From assembly GCA_023511675.1 (NCBI GenBank), contig JAIMBC010000068.1:1-23403 (forward strand): DNA of 23,403 nucleotides, given 5' to 3'. Below, piece by piece: positions 6,836-15,405 of this stretch; the first letter of the stretch is position 1, and every line of letters starts with the position of its first letter. The notes beneath the pieces were generated by a model. It saw only the letters and a list, made by a program, of their open reading frames with translations, was not told the origin of the DNA and made no database searches. A program made the position numbers and the translations under genes. This DNA comes from Pirellulales bacterium (lineage in GTDB: Bacteria > Planctomycetota > Planctomycetia > Pirellulales > JAIMBC01).

Positions 6836-8128
6836 CTAGATCGCCGGCAGCTCGAAGCCCTTGCGATATTCGCGGGAGAGGTAGCGGTTGGCCTCGTCGT
6901 CGTGGGGGAAGGTTTCGGTGTGGGGGTCGAATTCCAGGCGTCGGCCTGTGCGGTAGGCGATGTTGCCCAGGTGGCAGAGCAAGGAGGAGTAGTGCCCCTC
7001 TTCAATGTCGGCGATGAGATCCTCAGCGCGGCGGCTCTTCACACAGTCGACGAAGTTCTGGTAGTGGCGGGGCGAGTCGTGCCATGGCTCGCCTGCCGTA
7101 GGGCCGGGCTCGCCGCCGCGGAAAAAGACGCGGTAGCCGTCTCGATCGATCATCAAGAAGCCGCTTTCGCCAAAGAAGATATTGTCGTTGTCATGTCGGT
7201 GGCCGGGCATGCGGTAGGGGGTGAAGTCGCGCTGTTCGTAGACGAACAGCAGGTCGTCGTATTCCCAGGTGACGACCATAGTATCGGGCGTCTCCTGCGC
7301 ATCGCCCCGCGAGCCGAGCTTGGCCCCGCTGGCCGAAACCGCCTTGGGAGCCTTCAGGCCCAGCGCCCAGCGGCCCAGGTCGATCTGGTGCACGCCATCG
7401 TTGCCGATGTCTCCGGTACCGTACTCCCAATGCCAGTGCCACCCGCCGTGGAAGCGGTTGTAGTTGAAGGGACGTTGGGCGGCGGGCCCAAGCCAGAGGT
7501 CGTAATGCACGCCCTCGGGCACAGGCTCGTCTGGGCGGGCTTCCAGGCGGCCGCGCCGCTGGTTGTTGATGGCCTTGACCAGCAGCACCTTGCCGATAAT
7601 CCCCTGCCGCAAGAGTTCCCAGGCCTGCTGGTAGTACGGCACTGCTCGCAGGTTGGTGCCGTGCTGGACGATCCGGCCGTACTTGCGTGCGGCGGTCACG
7701 GCCAGGCGGCCTTCCACAATGTTGTGAGAGGCGGGCTTCTCCACGTAAACGTCCTTGCCGGCCAGGCAGGCCAGAATGGTGGCCGGGGCATGCCAGTGGT
7801 CGGGAGTGGCAATGGCCAGGGCGTCCACGTCCGAGCGGTCCAGCAGCGTGCGAAAGTCGACCACCAGCGGAGGCGCCTTGCCCTGAATGGCGCCGATCTC
7901 CTCGGCCAGCTTGTAGCCGCGGCCCTCGTCCACCTCGCAGACGGCGACCACCTGGCTGTCGGGAAGCGCGGCAAACTGCCGCGCCAGTGCCGCGCCCCGG
8001 CTGGCGCCCAGCACGGCCACGTTCACACGCTCAGAGGGAGCTCTCTTGGCTCCGGCCGCGCCGGCGGCCAGCCAGCTCACGGCCGCAGCCGTGCCCCGCA
8101 GCACGTCTCGTCGAGATAGGGTGTCCAT
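6836..8128 (-). CDS. Gfo/Idh/MocA-family NAD(P)-dependent oxidoreductase with a twin-arginine (Tat) signal peptide (possibly a GH109-like glycosidase)
   Basis: The start MDTLSRRDVLRGTAAAVSWLAAGAAGA (ATG complement of 8126-8128) follows GAGGAG. The sequence carries the SRRDVL Tat motif, the Rossmann stretch VNVAVLGASRGAALARQF and the family EKP motif (DVYVEKPASHN). The track start at 8230 is rejected. The overlapping plus ORF 6812-8119 is antisense junk. Confidence 0.85.
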   Translation of the reverse strand: MDTLSRRDVLRGTAAAVSWLAAGAAGAKRAPSERVNVAVLGASRGAALARQFAALPDSQVVAVCEVDEGRGYKLAEEIGAIQGKAPPLVVDFRTLLDRSDVDALAIATPDHWHAPATILACLAGKDVYVEKPASHNIVEGRLAVTAARKYGRIVQHGTNLRAVPYYQQAWELLRQGIIGKVLLVKAINNQRRGRLEARPDEPVPEGVHYDLWLGPAAQRPFNYNRFHGGWHWHWEYGTGDIGNDGVHQIDLGRWALGLKAPKAVSASGAKLGSRGDAQETPDTMVVTWEYDDLLFVYEQRDFTPYRMPGHRHDNDNIFFGESGFLMIDRDGYRVFFRGGEPGPTAGEPWHDSPRHYQNFVDCVKSRRAEDLIADIEEGHYSSLLCHLGNIAYRTGRRLEFDPHTETFPHDDEANRYLSREYRKGFELPAI

Positions 8129-8320
8129 CTCAGTCTCCTCGCTGGCGGATCTTGGAGCCGGATACCAGCGCGCTCTGCGTGCAGGACGCGCAAGCTGCCC
8201 GCTAGCATACCTGCCGCTGCCCGCGCGCACACCCGTTTTGCAGTCAGACTCGCCCGACCGCTAGCCGGAGGCACCGCTCATGCAGCCGCCCCTCAACAGC
8301 TCGCCCACTGCACGAGCGGC

Positions 8321-9544
8321 TTATCCGCTCGCCTCCCCGCCCTGCTCGGCGTACAGGCGCTGCGCGATCTCTTCGGCGTGAAACACCATCCAGGCCTGCT
8401 CCGTGTACACGGCGTGGCCGGCCAGGTGCCGGTAAATGGGCCTGGTTTCGGGACCATAATCGACCAGCAGAGTCGTGCCGGCATTGTGAACGCGTATGCC
8501 CAACGCCAGGCGGGCCGGCAGCTCGCGAGCCCGCAAGTGGGGTTGCAAGAGGCGGTGCAGTCGCCGCTCTGCCAGCCACAGCCGCGGGCGGATCCAGGAG
8601 GGAGGCGTGTTGGTGCCGGCAATGCCGAACTGCTGCACGTAGTCGCCGCCGGCAGCCGCCTGAACATCGGCCAGGGTGGGGGGCCAGGCGGCCTGCCAGG
8701 GTTCCCGTCCGGCTACAGGACGATGATGGATGATGTGCAACAACCGCGAGAATCCCCGCGGCTGCCAGCCGTAGCGCACGGGCGTGCCCAGGGTAACGAT
8801 GTCGAGCCCAGAGGGGTCCGGCCGTGGCACGGTTGGGGCGGCAACTGGGCGTTGCCGGTCGGCCACATCGTCGGACGCCGGTGGGGTGTGGCCGAGCAAC
8901 GCTTGGCGCACGCGCTGCCAAACGGGAATGTCCACGCGGCCGGTGAGCGGGTTGCGGTAGAAGGGCTCACAGGCGGTGAAGAAAGCCGAGAGTTGCTCGG
9001 GTTGGCCGCCCAGCAGTTGGGTGACCAGGGCCAGCACATTGCCTCCGTGGCTGTGCCCCCAGAGCAGCACGCGCTGCGGCTCAGGCGGCCAGGTTGTTGC
9101 CAGTTCGTCGATCAGGCGCACGGCGGCATCGGCGCGGGCAAGGTGGTAATTGCCACTGGACCAGAGAAACCGCCGCACGGCGATGGGCGGGCCGCCTGCG
9201 GTCAACTGCCGTTGCAAGAGGGCTGCGTACTGCGGCGTGTAGTTAGCCGCTTCTCCCTGGAGGCGATCGACCAACCCCTTGAATTGCCTGACCAGGGCGC
9301 GATGCGCTCGCGGCAGCCAGCGTTCAAGCTGCACCAGCGCCCCCAAGGCGTCGTAGCCGGCAAAGGTGCCGTGCAAAAGATAAATGACCGACACGTGTGC
9401 CGCCCGAAGGAGATCTCCGGTGCGGGCCAGGCGGGCACTCCCCTCCTCAGACTCAGGGGCGGGGCAGGGCGGCGCAGCCAGAAGCTGGTAGCGCGAAGTG
9501 GGGGGCCCCGGTTGGTACGGCTGGTGCAGCAGCGGGGCTGACAT
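8321..9544 (-). CDS. alpha/beta-hydrolase fold protein (esterase/lipase-like)
   Basis: The 407-aa ORF has the nucleophile elbow GHSHGG (GxSxG) in ..RVLLWGHSHGGNVLALV.. and the stretch VIYLLHGTFAGYDALG near the N-terminus. The overlapping plus ORF 8378-9541 has an antisense-like composition. Confidence 0.65.
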   Translation of the reverse strand: MSAPLLHQPYQPGPPTSRYQLLAAPPCPAPESEEGSARLARTGDLLRAAHVSVIYLLHGTFAGYDALGALVQLERWLPRAHRALVRQFKGLVDRLQGEAANYTPQYAALLQRQLTAGGPPIAVRRFLWSSGNYHLARADAAVRLIDELATTWPPEPQRVLLWGHSHGGNVLALVTQLLGGQPEQLSAFFTACEPFYRNPLTGRVDIPVWQRVRQALLGHTPPASDDVADRQRPVAAPTVPRPDPSGLDIVTLGTPVRYGWQPRGFSRLLHIIHHRPVAGREPWQAAWPPTLADVQAAAGGDYVQQFGIAGTNTPPSWIRPRLWLAERRLHRLLQPHLRARELPARLALGIRVHNAGTTLLVDYGPETRPIYRHLAGHAVYTEQAWMVFHAEEIAQRLYAEQGGEASG

Positions 9545-9663
9545 GGCGGCCGGCTTCCAGGACGTGATCGGGCGCTTCGTATGGACGAACTACCAGCGTA
9601 CCACACCAGGTCTTGTCGGGCCGCCCCTTCCGCTCGTCGGCGAAGAGAAGGCTAGCTGCGATA

Positions 9664-10554
9664 TCATGTCGCCGGCAAGGAACTCGTGCTTGGCCAGCAC
9701 CGTCTGAAGGCGCACGCCGCCACGTACCGCCGTTGAAACACACCTGGTTCAGCTTGGCCGCGTCGGCAATGCTGGCAAGCGGCCTCACGGCTTTCAGAGT
9801 GGTGCGTGCGGCCGTACACGAGTAACGCGCGACGCTTACGGAAGTGCTGCCCGCCAAGGGCATAGTGGCGGCAAGAGGTTGTGGGCTGCACGCACAGGCC
9901 CGTCAGCCACTGCACAAGGTGCGCCGCCCAGCGAATCGAGTTTCGCTTGCTGAACGTGAACAGCCGCTTCAGGCCATCGATCCTGTCGGCCGGGTTCCGA
10001 GTGTCGTGGGCACGCGCCGAAGGCAACTGCAAGAAGCGATCTGTCGGTCCGTCGCTGGTCAGCTTGCTTGCCGGTGGAGCGGCCAACGTGTTCGTCGCCG
10101 CTCTATCTCCCAACATGGCAACGCATGTACGGCAGTAGGCCATGGGGGGAACGGTAGAACACGCCAGAGCGAAGATGCCAACCCCTCGTGCAGGCGAAGT
10201 GTCTGCCGTGGCAGCAGGCCGCGCAGCAGATGCCAGATGGTCGATCTCGCAGATCTGCCATGCAAATAGCGTCACCTAACGAGACAAATCATGCTGCCAG
10301 GTGGTGAATATTGGTGAATATTGTTGCTGGCCAACGCGCGCGAGGATAGAGTGGAAGTGATGCAGACGGGTTCCTCCGAGGTGCCAAGATGCGTGCTGCT
10401 GCACGCCGATTGAGAACCTCTGGGGAGCCGAGGTTGCGTTGAGCAGGATTGCCTGCGCAGCCGTCGGCGCCGCGAGCATGCCCTCTGGGCACGCGTTGGC
10501 AATGGCGGTGTGCAACCACTCGATGAGGCCCGTGCTTCCAGCGCGAGGCTGCAT
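9664..10554 (-). pseudogene. Possible decayed gene: one reverse frame runs for about 297 codons with a single in-frame TAG (complement of 10276-10278); unrecognised
   Basis: Track ORFs 10276-10554(-) and 9664-10275(-) are contiguous in one frame and separated only by a stop. The composition is poor (Arg/Cys/Ser-rich) and I recognised no motif. The stretch lies in a 1.4 kb span without credible genes. Confidence 0.15.
10301..10321. repeat. Tandem direct repeat GGTGAATATT x2
   Basis: Direct reading of ..ccaggtggtgaatattggtgaatattgttgctgg.., a locally AT-rich spot in the gene-poor region. Confidence 0.6.
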
Positions 10555-10710
10555 GGTCTTGCTAGCTCGCGCCCGCGACAGTTTTTAGGGCAGGGCTGGC
10601 ACGGCGTTGCCGCCTCGCAAGGCCTTGTGCCGTTTGCAACCTCGCAATGACGATTTCGGACTGGGTTGAAGAGAAACGCTGCAACCCACGGGGACGGAGT
10701 CCGCGCCATG

Positions 10711-10739
10711 GTCAGAACCTTGCCGTAGTCAGAACTTTG
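10711..10739. promoter_or_regulatory. Direct repeat GTCAGAAC(C/T)TTG x2 (spacer 5 nt), about 300 bp upstream of the first cluster gene; candidate regulator binding site
   Basis: gtcagaaccttg (10711-10722) and gtcagaactttg (10728-10739). Its position at the head of a co-directional 10-gene cluster is the only functional hint. Confidence 0.25.
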
Positions 10740-11033
10740 TGGGGCGTTCGCCTCATCTCCGCAGCATGACGGCATCGCGCGCGTACAGCCGCTCGCCTCT
10801 GCGATGCCCGTGAGACTTGACTCTACCCCATTCGCTTGGCGGCTTGGCGCCGCTGGCGCGTTTCACCTCGTATCAGGGTTTGGGTTTTTGCGCCGACGCC
10901 TTGGCGCAGCAGCTTGCTGCGCTAGCGGCGTTTGACCTGCACATGTTGCCGCACCAAGGGCCCTTGGGTGCCGGGGGGCGGCCATGCAAGGCGGCCACAT
11001 CGACGCGTATCTCTGGTTTATCGAAAGGCAGCC

Positions 11034-12938
11034 ATGCAGCAGGGCCAGCTTGATTTGGGGGCTGTGGTGAGCAGCGCGCCGGCAGCGGTGCGCGGGGAGG
11101 CAGCGGGCGATCCGCTCGGCGTCGCGGCCGCCGAGGTGCGCGGAGGGCCGGCCGTGCGGCGCGTGCTGGTGATTGGCGCAGGGCCGGCCGGCCTGACCGC
11201 GGCCTACGAGCTGACGCGGCAGGGCGTGGCCGTGCAAGTGGTGGAGCAGCACGCGCTGGTGGGCGGCCTGGCACGCACCGAGAGCTACAAGGGCTACCAC
11301 TTCGACATGGGAGGCCACCGCTTCTTCACCAAGAGCCGGGAGGTGGAGCGGTTGTGGCACGAGATCCTGGAAGACGACTTCCTCCGCCGGCCACGTCTCT
11401 CTCGCATCTACTACAACAAGAAGTTCTTCTACTATCCGTTGCGGCCGCTGAACACGCTGCTGGGGCTGGGCCTCTGGGAGAGCCTGCGGATCGCAGCCAG
11501 CTACTTGAGGTGGCAGTTATTCCCCTACAAGCAGGAAGAGACGTTCGAGCAGTGGGTCACCAACCGCTTCGGGCGGCGGCTGTTCGAGACCTTCTTCAAG
11601 ACCTACACAGAGAAGGTGTGGGGCATCCCCTGTACGGAACTCAAGGCAGAGTGGGCAGCGCAGCGCATCAAGGACCTGTCGGTCAAGACGGCCCTGTTGA
11701 ACATGTTCTTCAAGCCGCGGAAGGTGATCAAGACGCTGATCGAGCAGTTCGATTACCCGCGACTGGGCCCCGGCATGTTGTGGAACGCCGTCCGCCGCAA
11801 GGTCGTCGAGCTGGGCGGCCAGGTCCGCACGCAAACCGAGGTGGTGCGGCTGCACCGCAACGGCCGCCGCATCGAGGCGGTGACGTTGCTTGCCGACGGG
11901 CGGCAATCCACGGTCACGGCAGATGCCTTCCTTTCCAGCATGCCCATCAGCGAGGTGATCAAGCGGCTTGATCCCCCCCCGCCGCCCGAAGTGGCCGCCG
12001 CGGCCGCACGCCTGACGTACCGCGACTTTCTCACCGTCTGCCTGATCGTCAACCAGCCTGTGTTGTTCCCCGATAACTGGATCTACGTGCACGACCCCGA
12101 GGTCCGCGTGGGCCGGATCCAGAACTTCAAGAACTGGAGCCCCGACATGGTGCCCGACCCCGGCAAGACCAGCCTGGGGTTGGAATACTTCTGCTCCGAG
12201 GGAGACGCCCTCTGGTCGATGAGCGATGCCGAGCTGATCGAACTAGGAAAGCAGGAACTGGAACGCATCGGCCTGGCCCGCGCGGCGGACGTGCTGGATG
12301 GCTGCGTCTTCCGCGTGGCCAAGTCCTACCCCGTCTACGACTCGGACTACCGAGAGCATCTGAGCGTGGTCCGGCAGTACGTGGAGGGGCTGGAGAACTT
12401 CCAGACCATCGGCCGCAACGGGCTGCATCGTTACAACAACCAGGACCACGCCATGCTCACCGGCATGTATGCGGTGCGCAACCTGCTGCACGGAGAGCGG
12501 CACGACCTGTGGCAGGTCAATGCCGACATGGAGTACCACGAAGAGGTCCGCGCCGCGGGCGTGGCCGCAGATGCGGACAAGCTGGCCGAGGCCATTCAGG
12601 CGGCATTGGCCGGGGCGTTTCTCAAGCTCGATCGCGGGGCCTTTGGCGTGGCGCTGGGCGTGGTGTGCGGCCTGGCGCTGTTTGCCGCCACGCTGGTGCT
12701 CGTGTTGCGCGAAGGCGCCAACGTGGGCGCCACGCTGGGCCTGTTGCGCAACTACTTTCCCGGCTATCGTGTGACGCCGCTGGGCAGCGTGCTGGGCCTG
12801 GGGTACGGCTTTCTCACAGGCTTTGTGCTCGGCTGGACCACGGCCTTTTTCCGCAATCTGGCGGTGTTCCTCTACATGGCCGCTGCGCACCGCCGCAGCG
12901 AGCACGCCTTGCTGCGCAAGCTGCTGGAGTACCTGTAA
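11034..12938 (+). CDS. FAD/NAD(P)-binding flavoprotein of the UDP-galactopyranose mutase-like (Glf/amine-oxidase) superfamily, with a C-terminal 2-TM membrane domain
   Basis: The start ATG at 11034 (gaaagg upstream) is preferred over the track start 10932. It has the dinucleotide fold RVLVIGAGPAGLTAAYEL. The run VGGLARTESYKGYHFDMGGHRFFTKSREVERLWHEIL and YTEKVWG parallel Glf (HIGGNAY..YGAHIFHT.., YTEKQWG). The C-terminal 130 aa are hydrophobic (GVALGVVCGLALFAATLVLVL.. and GSVLGLGYGFLTGFVLGW). Confidence 0.8.
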   Translation: MQQGQLDLGAVVSSAPAAVRGEAAGDPLGVAAAEVRGGPAVRRVLVIGAGPAGLTAAYELTRQGVAVQVVEQHALVGGLARTESYKGYHFDMGGHRFFTKSREVERLWHEILEDDFLRRPRLSRIYYNKKFFYYPLRPLNTLLGLGLWESLRIAASYLRWQLFPYKQEETFEQWVTNRFGRRLFETFFKTYTEKVWGIPCTELKAEWAAQRIKDLSVKTALLNMFFKPRKVIKTLIEQFDYPRLGPGMLWNAVRRKVVELGGQVRTQTEVVRLHRNGRRIEAVTLLADGRQSTVTADAFLSSMPISEVIKRLDPPPPPEVAAAAARLTYRDFLTVCLIVNQPVLFPDNWIYVHDPEVRVGRIQNFKNWSPDMVPDPGKTSLGLEYFCSEGDALWSMSDAELIELGKQELERIGLARAADVLDGCVFRVAKSYPVYDSDYREHLSVVRQYVEGLENFQTIGRNGLHRYNNQDHAMLTGMYAVRNLLHGERHDLWQVNADMEYHEEVRAAGVAADADKLAEAIQAALAGAFLKLDRGAFGVALGVVCGLALFAATLVLVLREGANVGATLGLLRNYFPGYRVTPLGSVLGLGYGFLTGFVLGWTTAFFRNLAVFLYMAAAHRRSEHALLRKLLEYL

Positions 12939-12950
12939 CAGGCCCTCACC

Positions 12951-13277
12951 ATGCCCGAAGCCCTCAAGCCGCCGCAGGAGGCGGTGCTGACGAAATTGCT
13001 GAGGCTGAATGCCGCGCTCTATGGATTGGTGGCTGGCCTGGCCGCGGGCAGCGGACTGGCCGCCGCCACGCTGTGGCTGGTGATCAAGGGCGGTGTGCAG
13101 GTGGGGAAGCACCTGCAGTTGCTGCACCATTACTGTCCCGGTTACACCGTCACGGCGGGCGGCGCGCTGGTCGGCTTTGCCTACGGCTTTGGGTACGGCT
13201 TCGCGGCCGGCTACCTGGTCGCGCGCATCTACAACCTGGTGGTCGACTGGCGTGAACGACGCAAGCCTGCTCGCTGA
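12951..13277 (+). CDS. Small 2-TM membrane protein, paralogous to the C-terminal domain of the upstream flavoprotein
   Basis: The 108-aa ORF starts 13 nt after the upstream stop. LRLNAALYGLVAGLAAGSGLAAATLWLVIKGGVQVGKHLQLLHHYCPGYTVTAGGALVGFAYGFGYGFAAGYLVARIYNLVV aligns by eye with LKLDRGAFGVALGVVCGLALFAATLVLVLREGANVGATLGLLRNYFPGYRVTPLGSVLGLGYGFLTGFVLGWTTAFFRNLAV of gene 11034-12938. It has no strong Shine-Dalgarno site. Confidence 0.6.
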   Translation: MPEALKPPQEAVLTKLLRLNAALYGLVAGLAAGSGLAAATLWLVIKGGVQVGKHLQLLHHYCPGYTVTAGGALVGFAYGFGYGFAAGYLVARIYNLVVDWRERRKPAR

Positions 13278-13415
13278 TCGGCCGATGCCTCGCGTCCTGT
13301 CACCGCGAGGACGTCGGCACCCATCTCCTCTGCTTGGCAAGAGTTTGGGGGCCCTGGCGGCCATTCGCCCGGACGTGCCTGGCGGGCCCTCGAGTTGAAG
13401 CACGAGCACGTGGAC

Positions 13416-14312
13416 ATGGCCACCCTGCCGCAAACAGCCGCTGTAGTCCCCGACTTGACCGTGATCATCCCCGCTTACAACGAGGAAGCAGGCATCGTCC
13501 CCACGGTCAACGAGCTGCGCGCGGCCCTGGCGGGCGTGCCGCTGCGGAGCGAGCTGCTCGTGGTGGACGACGGCTCTACCGACGGCACCGCCGCCGCCGC
13601 AGAAGCCTTGGGCGTGCGCGTGATCCGCTTGCCCAACAACGAGGGCTACGGCGCGGCCATCAAGGCCGGCATCCGCGCTGTGCCTGCCGATCTGATCGCC
13701 ATCATCGACGCAGACGGCACCTATCCTCCCGCGGCTCTCGCCAAACTTGTCCATGCCATGGCCGACGCAGACATGGCCGTGGGCGCACGCGATATCCAGG
13801 GGCGCAACATCTCGTTCTTCCGCCGGCCGGCGAAGTGGTTCCTGAACTGGCTGGCCGGCTATCTGGCCGGACGCAAGATCCCCGACGTGAACTCCGGATT
13901 GCGCGTGATGCGCGGCAGCCTGGTGCGTCAGTTCCTCCCGCTGCTGCCCGCGGGCTTCTCCTTCACCACAACCATTACCCTCAGCATGCTGTGTACGGGC
14001 CGCCGCGTGCATTACGTGCCGATCGAGTACCGTGCCCGCGTGGGGCATTCGAAAATCCGCCCCGTGCACTTCACGGCCTTTCTCGTGCTTGTGCTGCGTA
14101 CGGTGATGCTGTTCAACCCGCTCAAGGTGTTTCTTCCGCTGGGCGGGCTGGTGTTTCTGGTGGGCATGGGCAAGCTGGTCCAGGATCTGGTGCTGAAGAA
14201 CCTTTCCGAAACGGCCGTGATGGCCTTTCTCTCCGCGCTGGTCATCTGGTCGCTGGGGTTGCTGGCAGACATGGTCGCCCGCACGCAGCTATTGCGGAAT
14301 GGATCGAACTAG
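13416..14312 (+). CDS. GT2-family polyprenol-phosphate glycosyltransferase (DPM1/GtrB/ArnC-like) with C-terminal TM helices
   Basis: The N-terminus LTVIIPAYNEEAGIVPTVNEL..LLVVDDGSTDGT..IRLPNNEGYGAAIKAGI..DADG.. shows the GT-A hallmarks (DDGS, DAD). The C-terminus carries two hydrophobic helices, as in GtrB/ArnC. The ATG at 13416 is preferred over the track's TTG at 13395; the start is uncertain (GTG at 13410 is also possible). Confidence 0.85.
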   Translation: MATLPQTAAVVPDLTVIIPAYNEEAGIVPTVNELRAALAGVPLRSELLVVDDGSTDGTAAAAEALGVRVIRLPNNEGYGAAIKAGIRAVPADLIAIIDADGTYPPAALAKLVHAMADADMAVGARDIQGRNISFFRRPAKWFLNWLAGYLAGRKIPDVNSGLRVMRGSLVRQFLPLLPAGFSFTTTITLSMLCTGRRVHYVPIEYRARVGHSKIRPVHFTAFLVLVLRTVMLFNPLKVFLPLGGLVFLVGMGKLVQDLVLKNLSETAVMAFLSALVIWSLGLLADMVARTQLLRNGSN

Positions 14313-14325
14313 GGAGGCACGCCGG

Positions 14326-15405
14326 ATGTGGGAGGCACCGTCATGGCGGCACGCCGGCGAGGGGAACGCAGGGATGCGGCCGCCTCGCGGCGTGCGCGCG
14401 ACAGGCCGCGCATGGGTTGCCGCCGCGCTGCGGCTGGCGGCCAGCGCCGTGCTGCTTTCCGGTCTCTGGATGGTTCTGCCGCGACAGCGGCTGGTGGCGG
14501 CCTTGGCAGGCGTGCCCTGGGCGGCCTGGGCTGCCGCGGTGCCGGCCTTTTTGTTGTTGCACCTGCTGGGTGCCTGGAAGTGGCGGTGGACGGCCAATCT
14601 GGCCGGCAGCGGCCTGCAATTGCGTGACGCCGTCCGCTGCTACTATGCGGGGCTGTTCGGCAATACTCTGCTGCCCTCGATTGTGGGCGGAGACGTGTTG
14701 CGGGCAGCCCTGGCGTGGCGGCGAGTGCGTTCGCCCGCCGGGCTCGTGCTGGGCAGCCTGGCCGACCGCATGCTGGACGTGCTGGCACTGGCCGTGCTGG
14801 CCGCAGGGGGGGGTGTGTTGGCCGCCAGCGAGGCAGGTACTGCCACACCCCTTGTGTTCGGCTCGTTGCTGGCCGGCGGTCTGGCCGCCGCGCTGGTGCT
14901 GGGAGCAGGGCTGTGGCTGTTCAGATTTCGCAAGCTCTCGTGGCGGTGGCGCCGCAAGTTGGCACTGGCGCGGCGTGCGGGGCGGCTGTTGTACCAGCAA
15001 CGTGCGCGGCTGCTGGTGAGTCTGGCAGCGTGCACGATGCTGCAAATGGGATTGATGGGACTCAACCTTTGGCTAGCCAGTTTTTGCGGACTGCGCGCCG
15101 CATGGCGGGTGTGGCTCTTTGCGTGGCCCCTGGGAAAGCTGGCGGCCATGGTGCCGGTGACGCAGGGCGGCATCGGCATCCGCGAGGCTGCGCTGGCAGG
15201 CCTGTTGCGGCCGTTTGGCGTGCCGGCGGCGCTTGCCGTGGCAGCCAGCCTGGTGTTTGAAGGCGTGATCATTCTGGGCAGTCTGGCCGGCGGATTGCTG
15301 GCAGTGTGGCTCGGCCGCTGGGGGAGCCCTTGCGTGGCGCAGCACGGGGTGGCCGCAGTACCGGGTGTGCGTGCGACTGCGTGGGAGGCACCGCATGCAG
15401 GCTGA
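14326..15405 (+). CDS. Polytopic membrane protein of the lysylphosphatidylglycerol-synthase-TM / UPF0104 'flippase-like' family, the usual partner of GT2 DPM1-like enzymes
   Basis: The ATG at 14326 lies 8 nt after AGGGAGG (14311-17) and 13 nt after the GT2 stop. The protein has multiple hydrophobic helices, Arg-rich loops and the family-like motif ..PLGKLAAMVPVTQGGIGIREAALAGLL... The track start 14299 lies inside the upstream gene. Confidence 0.7.
   Translation: MWEAPSWRHAGEGNAGMRPPRGVRATGRAWVAAALRLAASAVLLSGLWMVLPRQRLVAALAGVPWAAWAAAVPAFLLLHLLGAWKWRWTANLAGSGLQLRDAVRCYYAGLFGNTLLPSIVGGDVLRAALAWRRVRSPAGLVLGSLADRMLDVLALAVLAAGGGVLAASEAGTATPLVFGSLLAGGLAAALVLGAGLWLFRFRKLSWRWRRKLALARRAGRLLYQQRARLLVSLAACTMLQMGLMGLNLWLASFCGLRAAWRVWLFAWPLGKLAAMVPVTQGGIGIREAALAGLLRPFGVPAALAVAASLVFEGVIILGSLAGGLLAVWLGRWGSPCVAQHGVAAVPGVRATAWEAPHAG

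Noticed and set aside
6812-8119. 435-aa plus-strand ORF
   Set aside because: It is antisense to the Gfo/Idh/MocA gene. That gene carries the Tat signal, the Rossmann fold and the EKP motif, while this frame is Val/Gly/Ala-rich junk.
8378-9541. 387-aa plus-strand ORF
   Set aside because: It is antisense to the alpha/beta hydrolase (GHSHGG on the minus strand) and has no motif of its own.
9453-10775. Possible transposase/IS element in the gene-poor region
   Set aside because: I could not identify a DDE triad, an HTH, terminal inverted repeats or target-site duplications by eye. It is kept only as a low-confidence 'decayed region' finding.
10932-11033. Track N-terminal extension of the first flavoprotein (MTCTCCRTKGPWV..)
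   Set aside because: It is Cys/Arg-rich and has no Shine-Dalgarno site. The ATG at 11034 has gaaagg upstream and starts directly before the Rossmann motif.
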